DNA of 64,000 nucleotides from the IMG/VR virus record IMGVR_UViG_3300034159_000041, positions 2,614 to 66,613 of that record. The stretch is one strand, 5' to 3'. Positions 28,453 to 36,885 of this stretch are shown here, piece after piece. The position numbers and the translations under genes were made by a program. Positions within the stretch are counted from its first letter, which is position 1. The number at the start of each line of letters is the position of its first letter. The notes beneath the pieces were generated by a model that saw only the letters and a program-made list of their open reading frames with translations, was not told the origin of the DNA and searched no databases. The stretch is from a virus.

Positions 28453-28513
28453 GGGCATGGCAGCGCCCCCGTGCGCGCCCGTGCCGCGATGGGTGCCGGC
28501 GCGGGGGCTGGCG

Positions 28514-28738
28514 TCAGCCATTGGCGCCATCCTCGAAGAAATTGAAAACAGCAACGCACGGCTCGCACTGATCGAAAGTCCCGAACCCATGCCGGCAAAA
28601 TCCATATCCCGGTTCTAATCTTTCTCCGCAGGTAGGGCAAAGGCCATCTTCTGCCTTTTTCACGGGTTCGTCGGTCCGCTTTCCAGCAATGTGACCGATG
28701 GCGCTGATCGAATCCTGACTAATGCTTATCGGCATCAT
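28514..28738 (-). CDS. Zn-ribbon protein
   Basis: CPTC and CEPC; GAGGG RBS. Confidence 0.5.
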   Translation of the reverse strand: MMPISISQDSISAIGHIAGKRTDEPVKKAEDGLCPTCGERLEPGYGFCRHGFGTFDQCEPCVAVFNFFEDGANG

Positions 28739-28755
28739 CCTGCCCTCATAATTGG

Positions 28756-28792
28756 AAAAACGCCCGGCGCGGGAGTTTCCCCCCGGCCGGGG
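28756..28792 (-). terminator. Putative intrinsic terminator downstream of iscB
   Basis: CCCGG...CCGGG stem followed by CGTTTTT. Confidence 0.45.
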
Positions 28793-28883
28793 AATACCAC
28801 CGAGAGGAAAGGATGTCAGGCGATCCCAGCCCGCAGTTGCGTAGCCTTGCGGAGCACGATGGCGAAAACTCAGCGGGGCCATC

Positions 28884-30209
28884 TCAATTCGTCGTCGCCG
28901 TTGAGATTCGAGCGGCCTGTCCGTAGGCATAGCCGTCGCCTCGCTGAACCAGCGTGAAGCGACTCCACGGGGCCGAGATATTGGCCCCCTCCCTGGTCTT
29001 GATGTCGAGTTTCCCGGTCGCGCGAATACCGGTCAGGCGCCCGGTATGCGCCCCTGCATACTTGCCGCGCGGCTGGTCGAGCGTCACCAGGTCGCCGGTT
29101 TGGAAACCCTGGACGCGCTTGACCCGGCCAGCCCCGCCGCGGGGAAAGCCGAAGCGGTCGGACGTGACCACTTGGCGCTGCCCGCGCCCGGTCGCCGTGA
29201 TGGTCAACGCGCTGGCCTGCGGATCGAGATTAACGTGTGCGCCGTCTTCACCGACGCAGGCGGCGTCGATCCAATGGTCTTTCGGATAGTCCTGGTTGGT
29301 ACGGTTGAACTTGGTGCGCCCGCCCGACCAGAACGACACCGGGAGACCGACCTCCTTCAAGGCGTCGCCAATGGCGTAGCGGGTCGCGTTGACCGCCGCG
29401 GCATCCTTGAGCGGGGCCTTGAGCCGCGCCTTGACCTTCGCCAGCACCGCGGGCCGGTCAGCCAGGAACACCTCAACCGACTGCGCGCCCTTGCGCTGGT
29501 TGCACGGCACGCAAGCCGCGACCAGGTTGCTCGGGCGATTCGATCCGCCGCGGGCGCGCGGAACGACGTGCTCGATCTCCAGCGGCACCCCCTTGGCAGC
29601 GCAGTAGGCGCACTGGTGGCCGTCGCGGGTCAGCACGTACTGCCGGACCTCGACCCCGGCCAGCGTACCCTGTTGGTAGCCGACGCCTTCGATGCTGGGG
29701 TCCTGCATGAGTTGCATGTCGAAGCGCACCAACTCGACCGCCGCCGACGTGATGGGGGCGCGCGACAGCAGGCGGTCGTACCAGGTGCGCACGTTATCGA
29801 CGCGCGAGCGCAAGGACGGCGGCAACCAACCCGCGGGACGGGTGCGGTTGTCAAAGCGCGGTGCCCGATAGCGGGTCTTGCGCCCGCGCCGCCCGCAGCG
29901 AATCACTCGCCGGTCGGTGAGGCGCTGGCGCACGGCCTCGCCGCGATGCTCCAAGTTGGCCGCCCACAGCGCCACGCGGCCCTGCTGCGGGAACTCCCCG
30001 ACCAAGGCCAGGCCGGTCGTCTTGCTGCCCGGATCGACGTTGAATGCGACTGGCTGCACGTCGCCGTCGTCGCGGTCAAGCAAGATGATCGTGAACGGTT
30101 GCGTGCGGTAGACCGCCGCCCGCCCGGCTTGCAGCAAACGCCGAGCGCGGGCGGGCCGGCACGGCATCAGCGGTTTCTTGGTGGAACTGAGGACAAACAC
30201 TGTATTCAT
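28884..30209 (-). CDS. iscB: IscB RNA-guided endonuclease (PLMP, RuvC, bridge helix, HNH)
   Basis: PLMP, ARARRLL, VDPGSKTTG, RRGRKTRYR..RFDNR, ELVRFD, CAYC..EHVVP..NL..CVPCN, HWIDA. Confidence 0.95.
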   Translation of the reverse strand: MNTVFVLSSTKKPLMPCRPARARRLLQAGRAAVYRTQPFTIILLDRDDGDVQPVAFNVDPGSKTTGLALVGEFPQQGRVALWAANLEHRGEAVRQRLTDRRVIRCGRRGRKTRYRAPRFDNRTRPAGWLPPSLRSRVDNVRTWYDRLLSRAPITSAAVELVRFDMQLMQDPSIEGVGYQQGTLAGVEVRQYVLTRDGHQCAYCAAKGVPLEIEHVVPRARGGSNRPSNLVAACVPCNQRKGAQSVEVFLADRPAVLAKVKARLKAPLKDAAAVNATRYAIGDALKEVGLPVSFWSGGRTKFNRTNQDYPKDHWIDAACVGEDGAHVNLDPQASALTITATGRGQRQVVTSDRFGFPRGGAGRVKRVQGFQTGDLVTLDQPRGKYAGAHTGRLTGIRATGKLDIKTREGANISAPWSRFTLVQRGDGYAYGQAARISTATTN

Positions 30210-30214
30210 CGGTT

Positions 30215-30472
30215 GCTCTTGTTGGTTTACACCACGCCCGAAGGCGTAACGGTCTCCTCGCCCAGATATCCGACGGTTTTCAGTAAACGCACTGCCGTAG
30301 GTCGCGCCCGTGCTGTTTAACGTCTACCCGCAGCGCATGAAACTGGAGAAGCATTTCATGGTGCCTATCTATTCGTCGGTATCGACTGCCCCGAAGGGCG
30401 GGCTGGTTGAATCTCATGATCCCGCTTCCCCGTCACGACGACGGGGGAGCGGCATCAAGGCGACGACTCAAC
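30215..30472 (-). ncRNA. omegaRNA (HEARO-like) scaffold of IscB
   Basis: Minus strand: GTTGAGTC/GATTCAAC stem, ACCAGCC, ATAGGCACC.TGAAATGCTTCTCCAGTTTCA, TTAAACAG, CAGTG, AAAACC, GGCGAGGAGA; position just 5' of iscB. Confidence 0.85.
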
Positions 30473-30783
30473 TACGCCGCTGGCGTATTGGCTGAAACAG
30501 CGTCAGCCAGCGCCTGGGTCTGTGATCCAAGGCGCTCGGAGAGGTCGGCGAGGGCATCGGGGTCGGAGCTTGCGATGGCGTCGTCAAGCTGTTGCTTCAG
30601 GCCCTGCAGCAGCGTGATCGCAGAGCCGGTCACGGTGGCGTTGGCTTCGACTTGTTCGGTGAGGGCGGTCAATTGGTCGGACATTTGGGTCAGTCTCTGG
30701 TTGATGGATGAAAGGACCTGATCAATCGCCGTGAGGCTTTCGAGCAGGCGGTTAGGAAGCAAGAAGAAGTCGAGCAGGCTCAA
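30472..30783 (-). CDS. Coiled-coil phage hypothetical protein
   Basis: SAITLLQGL...LADAVSANTPAA; TTGA overlap. Confidence 0.65.
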   Translation of the reverse strand: MSLLDFFLLPNRLLESLTAIDQVLSSINQRLTQMSDQLTALTEQVEANATVTGSAITLLQGLKQQLDDAIASSDPDALADLSERLGSQTQALADAVSANTPAA

Positions 30784-30977
30784 GCAGGGGGCTCCGTGGT
30801 GAGCGCATCGGCCCATTCGCGCAACAGGGCCACCGCGCCATGTAGTTCGGCCGCGTGCTGGGGCCAGGGATCGGCGGTGATCCGCGCCATGTCTTCGGCC
30901 ACAGAGGACAGGCTGTCGGCGTGAATGCGTAGCCTGACGGCGATGCTGAAGGGGTTGGTGCGGTCGCGTGGGCTCAT
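30780..30977 (-). CDS. Hypothetical protein
   Basis: GGAG RBS, ATGA overlap. Confidence 0.55.
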   Translation of the reverse strand: MSPRDRTNPFSIAVRLRIHADSLSSVAEDMARITADPWPQHAAELHGAVALLREWADALTTEPPA

Positions 30978-31204
30978 GCGGCCGTCTCCCTGGCTGGGTA
31001 GCGCGGAAGTAGCGTCCACTGCACGGGGGGGCGTTCTAGCTCCTCTTCGGTGGCGTCAGTCCACGTGCCGTCACGCCAGTAGCAGCACACCATCATGTCC
31101 GGGATTGCGGGAAGGTCATCATCGAAGAAGCCCAGGACCGGCACGCCCGACGGTGGCAAGTCGCCAGTCTCTACTCGGTGCCACTCGGCCACGGGGTTGG
31201 TCAT
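30974..31204 (-). CDS. DUF551-like protein
   Basis: WHRV...LP...VL...W..LP pattern. Confidence 0.55.
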   Translation of the reverse strand: MTNPVAEWHRVETGDLPPSGVPVLGFFDDDLPAIPDMMVCCYWRDGTWTDATEEELERPPVQWTLLPRYPARETAA

Positions 31205-31452
31205 GCGGCCACCTCCTTGCTTGGGGCGGCAAGCGACGCCGCGGTAATCCGCTCGGGGCAGGGCTCAGACGCCGGCAAATTGGCGCGACGCAACGAGCCG
31301 GCCCACCGGGCGTGCAGCGGGTCGTCCTCGCCATCTTGGAAGCGTGCGCATCCACTGCGCTCCGCCCCGCAGGTCTGGCCCAGGCACCGCAGCGCGCCGA
31401 CTGGCAGGCTTGTCCTGGGGGCGAACAGCAGCGCGCCGGGTGGGGCATTCAT
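31201..31452 (-). CDS. Cys-rich small protein, paralog B
   Basis: RCLGQTC...GCARF...EPCPERITAA. Confidence 0.6.
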   Translation of the reverse strand: MNAPPGALLFAPRTSLPVGALRCLGQTCGAERSGCARFQDGEDDPLHARWAGSLRRANLPASEPCPERITAASLAAPSKEVAA

Positions 31453-31658
31453 GCGGCGCGCTCCTTGTCGTTGGCGGCCAACTGCGCCGCGGTGATCCGC
31501 TTCGGGCAGGGCTCGGCGGCCGGCAGGGAGGCCGGGCGGAGAGTGCTGGCCCACGGGGTTTTTTTGGGATTGATGTCGCGATCCGAGAAGCGCAGACAGC
31601 CGGTACGCTCTTTGCATGTCATGCCCAAGCACCGAGCAATGTTGGCTGGCAGGATCAT
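31449..31658 (-). CDS. Cys-rich small protein, paralog A
   Basis: RCLGMTC...GCLRF...EPCPKRITAA. Confidence 0.6.
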   Translation of the reverse strand: MILPANIARCLGMTCKERTGCLRFSDRDINPKKTPWASTLRPASLPAAEPCPKRITAAQLAANDKERAA

Positions 31659-31900
31659 CGACGCTCCCAGCGACACGCCGCGCACGATGGCGCAGCAACG
31701 GGCGGTCGCCGCCGCTGGCTCGCTTGCAGATTCGCAAGGACGTCGTGCGTGATCTGCTTGACCAGCCCGCAGCAGCGCGTTTTGACTTCGTAAATTGTGT
31801 CGCATTGGCGCCGCTCGGCCGCGACGACGGCGAGGATCACCACGTTGGCGACCGTCTCGCCGACCTTGAAACGGTCCCAGGCGCGCGTGGTTATGGACAT
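31655..31900 (-). CDS. Zinc-binding hypothetical protein
   Basis: CCG...CAAC. Confidence 0.5.
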   Translation of the reverse strand: MSITTRAWDRFKVGETVANVVILAVVAAERRQCDTIYEVKTRCCGLVKQITHDVLANLQASQRRRPPVAAPSCAACRWERR

Positions 31901-31937
31901 GCGCCCCCCTGTCCAAATGGCGCAGCGTGACGCTTGG

Positions 31938-32102
31938 TTATGCGCCCGGTGGCGGTTTGCGACGCATTGCGCAAACCACCGCCCGCTCGACCCATTCGGT
32001 CACCGTGACTTGCGCGATTTGCGCGGCCAACAGGAGTTCCAGTTTGAGTTCTGGCGTAATGCGGATGTCGAGTTTTGCGGTTCTGAGCGGTTTTTGTGTC
32101 AT
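31938..32102 (-). CDS. Ribbon-helix-helix regulator
   Basis: TAKLDIRITPELK..L..AA....VTEWV. Confidence 0.65.
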   Translation of the reverse strand: MTQKPLRTAKLDIRITPELKLELLLAAQIAQVTVTEWVERAVVCAMRRKPPPGA

Positions 32103-32253
32103 GACGGTCTTGCTTTTCCCCTTGGAAATAAATAAGCTTCGTGTCATGACAGGGAAACCACACAGTCGATCCAGCAATCACGCGCTTCATCGGTGCGATC
32201 AACCAACGGTTGCGATCGCGATTCAATTGGCGCAGTCGCATGATTGCGCTTTC

Positions 32254-32460
32254 TTAACAGAAACGGAAAAAGCGCAGCCGCTGGGGAGCGGGCGCACGCG
32301 GCAACGACAAGGCAAGGACCGCAAGAATAAACGCATGATCGGCGACAGGCGGTGGCACGCCCATATCGCAACTCACGCGCTGGTAGATAAAGTGGCGCTC
32401 GATCAGCGCCAGCACGGCGTCGGGATCGACCGCGGCGCCGGTCTGCGCATGGGCGTTCAT
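32254..32460 (-). CDS. Hypothetical protein
   Basis: ATGA overlap with cro. Confidence 0.4.
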   Translation of the reverse strand: MNAHAQTGAAVDPDAVLALIERHFIYQRVSCDMGVPPPVADHAFILAVLALSLPRAPAPQRLRFFRFC

Positions 32461-32741
32461 GAGGCGGCGCACCCGCAGACGGGGGCCGGCGTGGTGCGGT
32501 GCGCTTCACGGTGGCGCTCCGCGGGTGGATCGTCGGGTGCGTTTCCAAAAATATCCGGGCGCAGTTCATGCACGGAGACCGCCCCGTTGGTCGCCGCCTG
32601 GATCGCCAGGCAGCGCGTTGGCGAAAACGCGCGCCTGTTCGTGACCATTTGATACAAATAGTGTTTAGAAATACTTAAGGCCCGCGCCAGCGCGAGACGG
32701 CCGCCATGCGGAAGGGCATCGTAGTAGGTGCGAATATCCAT
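32457..32741 (-). CDS. cro: Cro/YdaS-family regulator
   Basis: LARALSIS..YLYQ...I..ATNGAVSVHELRPD; divergent from repressor. Confidence 0.85.
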   Translation of the reverse strand: MDIRTYYDALPHGGRLALARALSISKHYLYQMVTNRRAFSPTRCLAIQAATNGAVSVHELRPDIFGNAPDDPPAERHREAHRTTPAPVCGCAAS

Positions 32742-32748
32742 GCAGCAA

Positions 32749-32808
32749 AATATAGCCTTAGCTACACATCTTTGCAATAGCCCAGGCTTCTCTGCCGGCT
32801 GTTATGGT
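32749..32808. promoter_or_regulatory. Divergent PR/PRM-like promoters with TAGC-N4-GCTA operators
   Basis: Minus: TTGCAA-17-TATATT; plus: TGnTATGGT; operators at 32753-32764 and imperfect 32778-32789. Confidence 0.65.
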
Positions 32809-32814
32809 GCCGGC

Positions 32815-33390
32815 ATGACAAGAAAAGACCGCTTGCAACAGTTGATTGACTCCCGCGCCGAGGGCAACCAGGCCGCGTTTGCCGGCATGGTCCACCGCAC
32901 CCCGCCAGTCATCTGGCAATACCTGAGCGGACATCGCGAGATGGGCGAGAAGTTCGCACGGCATATCGAAAGATGCTTGCGGCTGCCCACTGGTTGGATG
33001 GATCAGGCCAACGACACCCCGGCGAGCGCGGCCAACGACCCCGCGGCAGACGCCCCGTCCCACCCCCTCTCGCCCGCGGCGCTCATTGACGATCTGTTGG
33101 TGGTCACCGGCACGGTGAGCGCGGATGCCCGCGATGACCTGCTGCTGTTGCTCACCCGCTACATCAAAACAGACGATCAGGACCGCAAAGAGAAAATCGC
33201 GCGGATGCTCAACGATCTTTCGCCCGCCGTCCCTCACCGCCGCCCCGGCGCCAGCATCAGCAAGGCCAGTTCCTGCCCGCCGCACAGACGGCGTTGGGAT
33301 GAGGTGTATGCGCGCGAGACGGCGGCGGCCCACGACGCCGAGCAGGCCATCCTTAAAGCGAGGCAAGCGCGCGACCTGGACCGGGATTAG
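32815..33390 (+). CDS. cI: CI-like repressor (HTH, no S24 peptidase)
   Basis: RLQQLI...NQAAFA...QYLSG.R.MGEKFAR.IE..L.LP.GWMD. Confidence 0.8.
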   Translation: MTRKDRLQQLIDSRAEGNQAAFAGMVHRTPPVIWQYLSGHREMGEKFARHIERCLRLPTGWMDQANDTPASAANDPAADAPSHPLSPAALIDDLLVVTGTVSADARDDLLLLLTRYIKTDDQDRKEKIARMLNDLSPAVPHRRPGASISKASSCPPHRRRWDEVYARETAAAHDAEQAILKARQARDLDRD

Positions 33391-33413
33391 CGTCCTCGCT
33401 TGGTGCCCGCCGC

Positions 33414-33434
33414 CCCGCTGACGCGGGTTTTTTT
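33414..33434 (+). terminator. Intrinsic terminator after cI
   Basis: CCCGC-TGAC-GCGGG-TTTTTTT. Confidence 0.75.
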
Positions 33435-33448
33435 GTGCCCGTAAAATG

Positions 33449-33490
33449 TAGCAGACGCTATTGACATGACGGTGTAGCAATTGCTACTCT
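33449..33490 (+). promoter_or_regulatory. PL-like promoter with two operators
   Basis: TTGACA-18-TACTCT; TAGCagacGCTA 33449-33460 and TAGCaattGCTA 33475-33486. Confidence 0.75.
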
Positions 33491-33536
33491 TTCTCCCATC
33501 GGCCAGCCGCCCCGGCCGGCCCCACGGGAGACCCGC

Positions 33537-33803
33537 ATGATGTACCACCCAAACCTCGTGCTCGACGCCGACGACGCCGAGGACTTTGCCGCCGAGGAAC
33601 TGCGCTCAGAACTCGACGATCAGCCCTTTCGTGATGCTGTTTTGAGGGTGATTGACGGGCTCGACTGGAGCCAGCAGATCGACTTCTACGGTCTGATCCG
33701 CACCAGCATGGGACGGCTGGCCCACCGCGCCGCCCTGGGCGCCAAGGCCCAAGCGCAGGCCGATCGGGCGGCCGACCAGGCGTGCTATCGCCGGGCCGCC
33801 TGA
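33537..33803 (+). CDS. Hypothetical early protein
   Basis: GGGAG RBS. Confidence 0.6.
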   Translation: MMYHPNLVLDADDAEDFAAEELRSELDDQPFRDAVLRVIDGLDWSQQIDFYGLIRTSMGRLAHRAALGAKAQAQADRAADQACYRRAA

Positions 33804-33804
33804 G

Positions 33805-34257
33805 ATGACCAAATGGACCAACGAAGAGGACGCCCTACTGCGCGCGTTGCCCCAGCCAATCACGCGCATTGCCGCCCGCGAGGCCCTGCGCGCTGCAGGC
33901 TTTCAAGGGCGTAGCGACAACGCACTCAGCGACCACCTTCACCGCCTGGGCCTGCAGCGCCCCGAGCGCCCCGGCCCTTGGAGCGAGGCCGAAGACGCCG
34001 CCCTGCGGGCGCTGGTAGCGCAGGGCCGATCTGGGAAAGACCTGGTTGACGCCCTGGCCGGCGTCGGTGTGATGCGCACCGCCAAGGCGATCAGTACGCG
34101 CGTTGAGCGCTTGGCCGCGGCGGCGCCGGTCACGGTCGCTCCCCTCACCCCCGCTGTCCGTGCCGCCCAGGTGGCGCGCGATTTCGCGCTGATCAACAGC
34201 GTGGTGGCGCGGGTCTTCGTCTCCGCCGACCTGCCCCTTGAGTCCCACCATGTTTGA
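33805..34257 (+). CDS. Tandem Myb/SANT-like HTH protein
   Basis: KWTNEEDALL and PWSEAEDAAL repeats. Confidence 0.6.
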   Translation: MTKWTNEEDALLRALPQPITRIAAREALRAAGFQGRSDNALSDHLHRLGLQRPERPGPWSEAEDAALRALVAQGRSGKDLVDALAGVGVMRTAKAISTRVERLAAAAPVTVAPLTPAVRAAQVARDFALINSVVARVFVSADLPLESHHV

Positions 34258-34447
34258 CGCCCGCGCCATCATCCAAGCCGCCCGCGCAGAGGGCGTAACC
34301 CTGGCCATGGGCGCGCCCGGAAAAATCAAGGTCCTCGGGGAGTGGGCGGCCGTTGCCCGCTGGGTGCCCTACGTCATGGACCACAAGCCCGGCTTGCTGT
34401 GGCAGCTTGCCAACCTGGATGAACACCCGCGCCCGTCACTGCGCTAA
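34250..34447 (+). CDS. Small protein, TubC-N-like
   Basis: GVTL...GKIKV...HKPGLL pattern. Confidence 0.45.
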   Translation: MFDARAIIQAARAEGVTLAMGAPGKIKVLGEWAAVARWVPYVMDHKPGLLWQLANLDEHPRPSLR

Positions 34448-34461
34448 CCGGAGCCCCCGAC

Positions 34462-34761
34462 ATGCAGACCCTGACGATCGCTGACGACATCCACCTGGTG
34501 AGCGTCGTGCAGCGCAAGTTTATGAAAGTTTACAAGGTCCCTGACTGCGAGGACGTCCCAATGACAGAAGCCGAAATGATTGCCTGGATCGACCACGCCG
34601 ACCTCGAAGCGCTGCTGTCGCGCTGGCGGTTCGAGCCAACCGGAAGCCCTTGGTTCGTCGGCGCCGTCGCAGAACACTACAGCGCAACAATGAAACAGCG
34701 CCAGGCCGAAGTCGGGCCAGCCGCCTGGACGGACGCAAGCAAAAATGTGGGATGGGGCTGA
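34462..34761 (+). CDS. Hypothetical protein
   Basis: GGAG RBS; LLSRWRF.P.GSPWF.G motif. Confidence 0.6.
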   Translation: MQTLTIADDIHLVSVVQRKFMKVYKVPDCEDVPMTEAEMIAWIDHADLEALLSRWRFEPTGSPWFVGAVAEHYSATMKQRQAEVGPAAWTDASKNVGWG

Positions 34762-35045
34762 TGAGAATCAAACTGTACGGCAAGACCTTCGCGGTCACGA
34801 TGCAGACATCAAACTATAGCAACGGGCGCATCGCCATCGTGTTTTACAACGCTGAGACGGGCGAGCCGGTGGTCAAGGCGACGACCAATCTCGTCGGAGA
34901 GGAGATCGCGTACAACGAGATCGCGGTCGCCAATGTTGATGGTCTGTACGACGAGTTAGTGCGCCTGAAGGTCATTACGGGAAACCGCCGAGTGGTGCGC
35001 CCGGCCGGATCGCATGTCGATTTCACCATCGCGACGCTTTCATAA
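34761..35045 (+). CDS. DUF4313-like protein
   Basis: Y.NGRIAI...GEP...ATTNL. Confidence 0.6.
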   Translation: MRIKLYGKTFAVTMQTSNYSNGRIAIVFYNAETGEPVVKATTNLVGEEIAYNEIAVANVDGLYDELVRLKVITGNRRVVRPAGSHVDFTIATLS

Positions 35046-35088
35046 GAAATCTGGAAAGAAACCCTGCTTTGCGACTGAGTAAACCAAT

Positions 35089-35568
35089 ATGAATGACCCG
35101 CTCCCTACCCCTGTGGCCAACCCGGCGAACCAGGTGCCCGCACCGACCGCCTACCTTGCCGGAACCGTGGACTTCGAGAAACTTCGCCAGAAACTGTCCA
35201 GCCTTCAGCGCCTCGTTTTCGTCTGGCCTGATGGGGCTTGGGAGGAGTGTAACAACGCAGGAAGCCAGCGTCGGGACGTGTTTGACGCGACCCCGATGTA
35301 CTTTCCGGCATCCCTCGTCGCCGTCGGTGAGGGATGCATCACCGCCCTGATTGACGAGGCGACGATCCCGCCAGCCAAGCCGACCCCCGTTTACCTGGGC
35401 GACTCGGTGCGGGCGCGGTTCGAGGGCAAGACGCTTGTCTTGACTACCGACAACGAAGTCACCGTTAACGATGATGTCACCGGACCCAACAACGCCATCT
35501 ATCTGGAGCCCGAGACGCTTGACGCCCTGCTGCGGTTTATCCGCAAGGCGAACCACGGAGAAGTCTGA
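35089..35568 (+). CDS. Hypothetical protein
   Basis: YLGDSV...IYLEPE.L.AL motif. Confidence 0.6.
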   Translation: MNDPLPTPVANPANQVPAPTAYLAGTVDFEKLRQKLSSLQRLVFVWPDGAWEECNNAGSQRRDVFDATPMYFPASLVAVGEGCITALIDEATIPPAKPTPVYLGDSVRARFEGKTLVLTTDNEVTVNDDVTGPNNAIYLEPETLDALLRFIRKANHGEV

Positions 35569-35783
35569 TGAACATCACCGACGTGACTCCAGGACAGCGC
35601 GTGCTCTATATCCCGCATCATGCTGGGGGAAAGCGCAAGCATCCCGATTGCGAAGCGGGCGCCGTGTCGAGCGCAAACAACCACGTCATTTTCGTGCGGT
35701 TCGACGCCCAAGTGCAGCGCTTCGGGTGGGACGGCACCACTAGCCAGGCGTGCGACCCCGAGTCACTGGAGCCCCTTGCATGA
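35568..35783 (+). CDS. SH3-like hypothetical protein
   Basis: GQRVLYIP...G.VSS....FVRF. Confidence 0.6.
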   Translation: MNITDVTPGQRVLYIPHHAGGKRKHPDCEAGAVSSANNHVIFVRFDAQVQRFGWDGTTSQACDPESLEPLA

Positions 35784-36199
35784 ACGACCTGACCCCTATC
35801 CCCGACGCCAACCCGGATGAACCGTTCGCCCCTGGCAGTCTTAACCAGATGGAGCAATTCGCTCGCTCCGTGGTGCGAGCACAGGTCGAGCGCGACCATG
35901 AAGCGGCCGAGCAGCGGGCGCGCGAAGCCCAGGCCCAGGCCATCCGCGAACGCGAAGAAGCCGCCAAGCGCCAGCAGGAAGCCATCGCCGCCGAACGCCA
36001 GCGGGTGGCGGACGAAGCCCGCGCCCAGGCCGCAGACGACGCCGCGCGGGCACAGGATCGCGAGAACCGGGCGCAGAAGCATCGGGCCATCGTGCAGGCG
36101 CTGCTGGGCCTGGAGATCGGGCTGAGCGAGGCGCAGGCCAAGGATATCGTCAAAGCCCTCGCGTCCGGTGCGCTCCCGGCCGTGACGATTGGATACTGA
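35780..36199 (+). CDS. Coiled-coil phage protein
   Basis: E/A/R-rich; ends LPAVTIGY. Confidence 0.65.
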   Translation: MNDLTPIPDANPDEPFAPGSLNQMEQFARSVVRAQVERDHEAAEQRAREAQAQAIREREEAAKRQQEAIAAERQRVADEARAQAADDAARAQDRENRAQKHRAIVQALLGLEIGLSEAQAKDIVKALASGALPAVTIGY

Positions 36200-36200
36200 C

Positions 36201-36884
36201 ATGGGAATCACCATCCACCGCGATCTGCTTCAGGGTTCCGACGAGTGGCACGCCGCTCGGTGCGGGCTGCTGACGGCCAGCGAGATGCACCTGATCGTCA
36301 CGCCGACCATGAAGCCGGCAGCCAACGACCGCGAGCGCACGCACCTGTACGAACTGCTGGCCCAGCGCATCACCCGCTACGTCGAGCCGACCTACTACGG
36401 CTACGCGATGATGCGGGGCCACGAGGACGAGATGGAATCCGCATCGATCTACGCGCAGCATTACGGCGCGGTCGATCGTGACGTGGGATTCATCACCAAT
36501 GACCGCTGGGGCTTCACGCTCGGGTACTCACCCGATGGGCTGGTCGGGGATGATGGGCTGATCGAGTGCAAGTCGAAGTGCCAGAAGCTTCAGATCAAGA
36601 CCATCCTGGCGAACGAATGCCCAGACGAGCACATGGTTCAGGTCCAGGCGGGGCTGATGGTGTCCGAGCGGGAATGGTGCGATTTCGTCTCGTACTGCGG
36701 GGGGATGCCGATGCTGACGGTACGGGTCTATCCGGACCCCGTGTTGCAGGCCGCGATTGCTGCGGCGGCTGGAGCCTTTGAGCAGCGGCTAAGCGAAAAA
36801 TTGAGCGAGTATCGGGCGCTGCTGGAATCATCCGACGCGCGCCTGGTGCCGACAGAACGACGAATTGAACAAGAGATGTATTAA
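36201..36884 (+). CDS. YqaJ/lambda-type exonuclease
   Basis: QGSDEW..AR.G.LTAS, YSPDGLV, IECK, QVQAGL..CDFVSY. Confidence 0.92.
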   Translation: MGITIHRDLLQGSDEWHAARCGLLTASEMHLIVTPTMKPAANDRERTHLYELLAQRITRYVEPTYYGYAMMRGHEDEMESASIYAQHYGAVDRDVGFITNDRWGFTLGYSPDGLVGDDGLIECKSKCQKLQIKTILANECPDEHMVQVQAGLMVSEREWCDFVSYCGGMPMLTVRVYPDPVLQAAIAAAAGAFEQRLSEKLSEYRALLESSDARLVPTERRIEQEMY

Positions 36885-36885
36885 A

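Noticed and set aside
27694-28605. 303-aa ORF as a single gene
   Set aside because: The 5' part overlaps the RHH gene antisense and an AT-rich gap; only 27694-27999 looks protein-like
30473-30495. Second in-window target for the IscB guide
   Set aside because: Only an 11-nt match near 1532 was noticed by eye; not significant, and the search was not exhaustive
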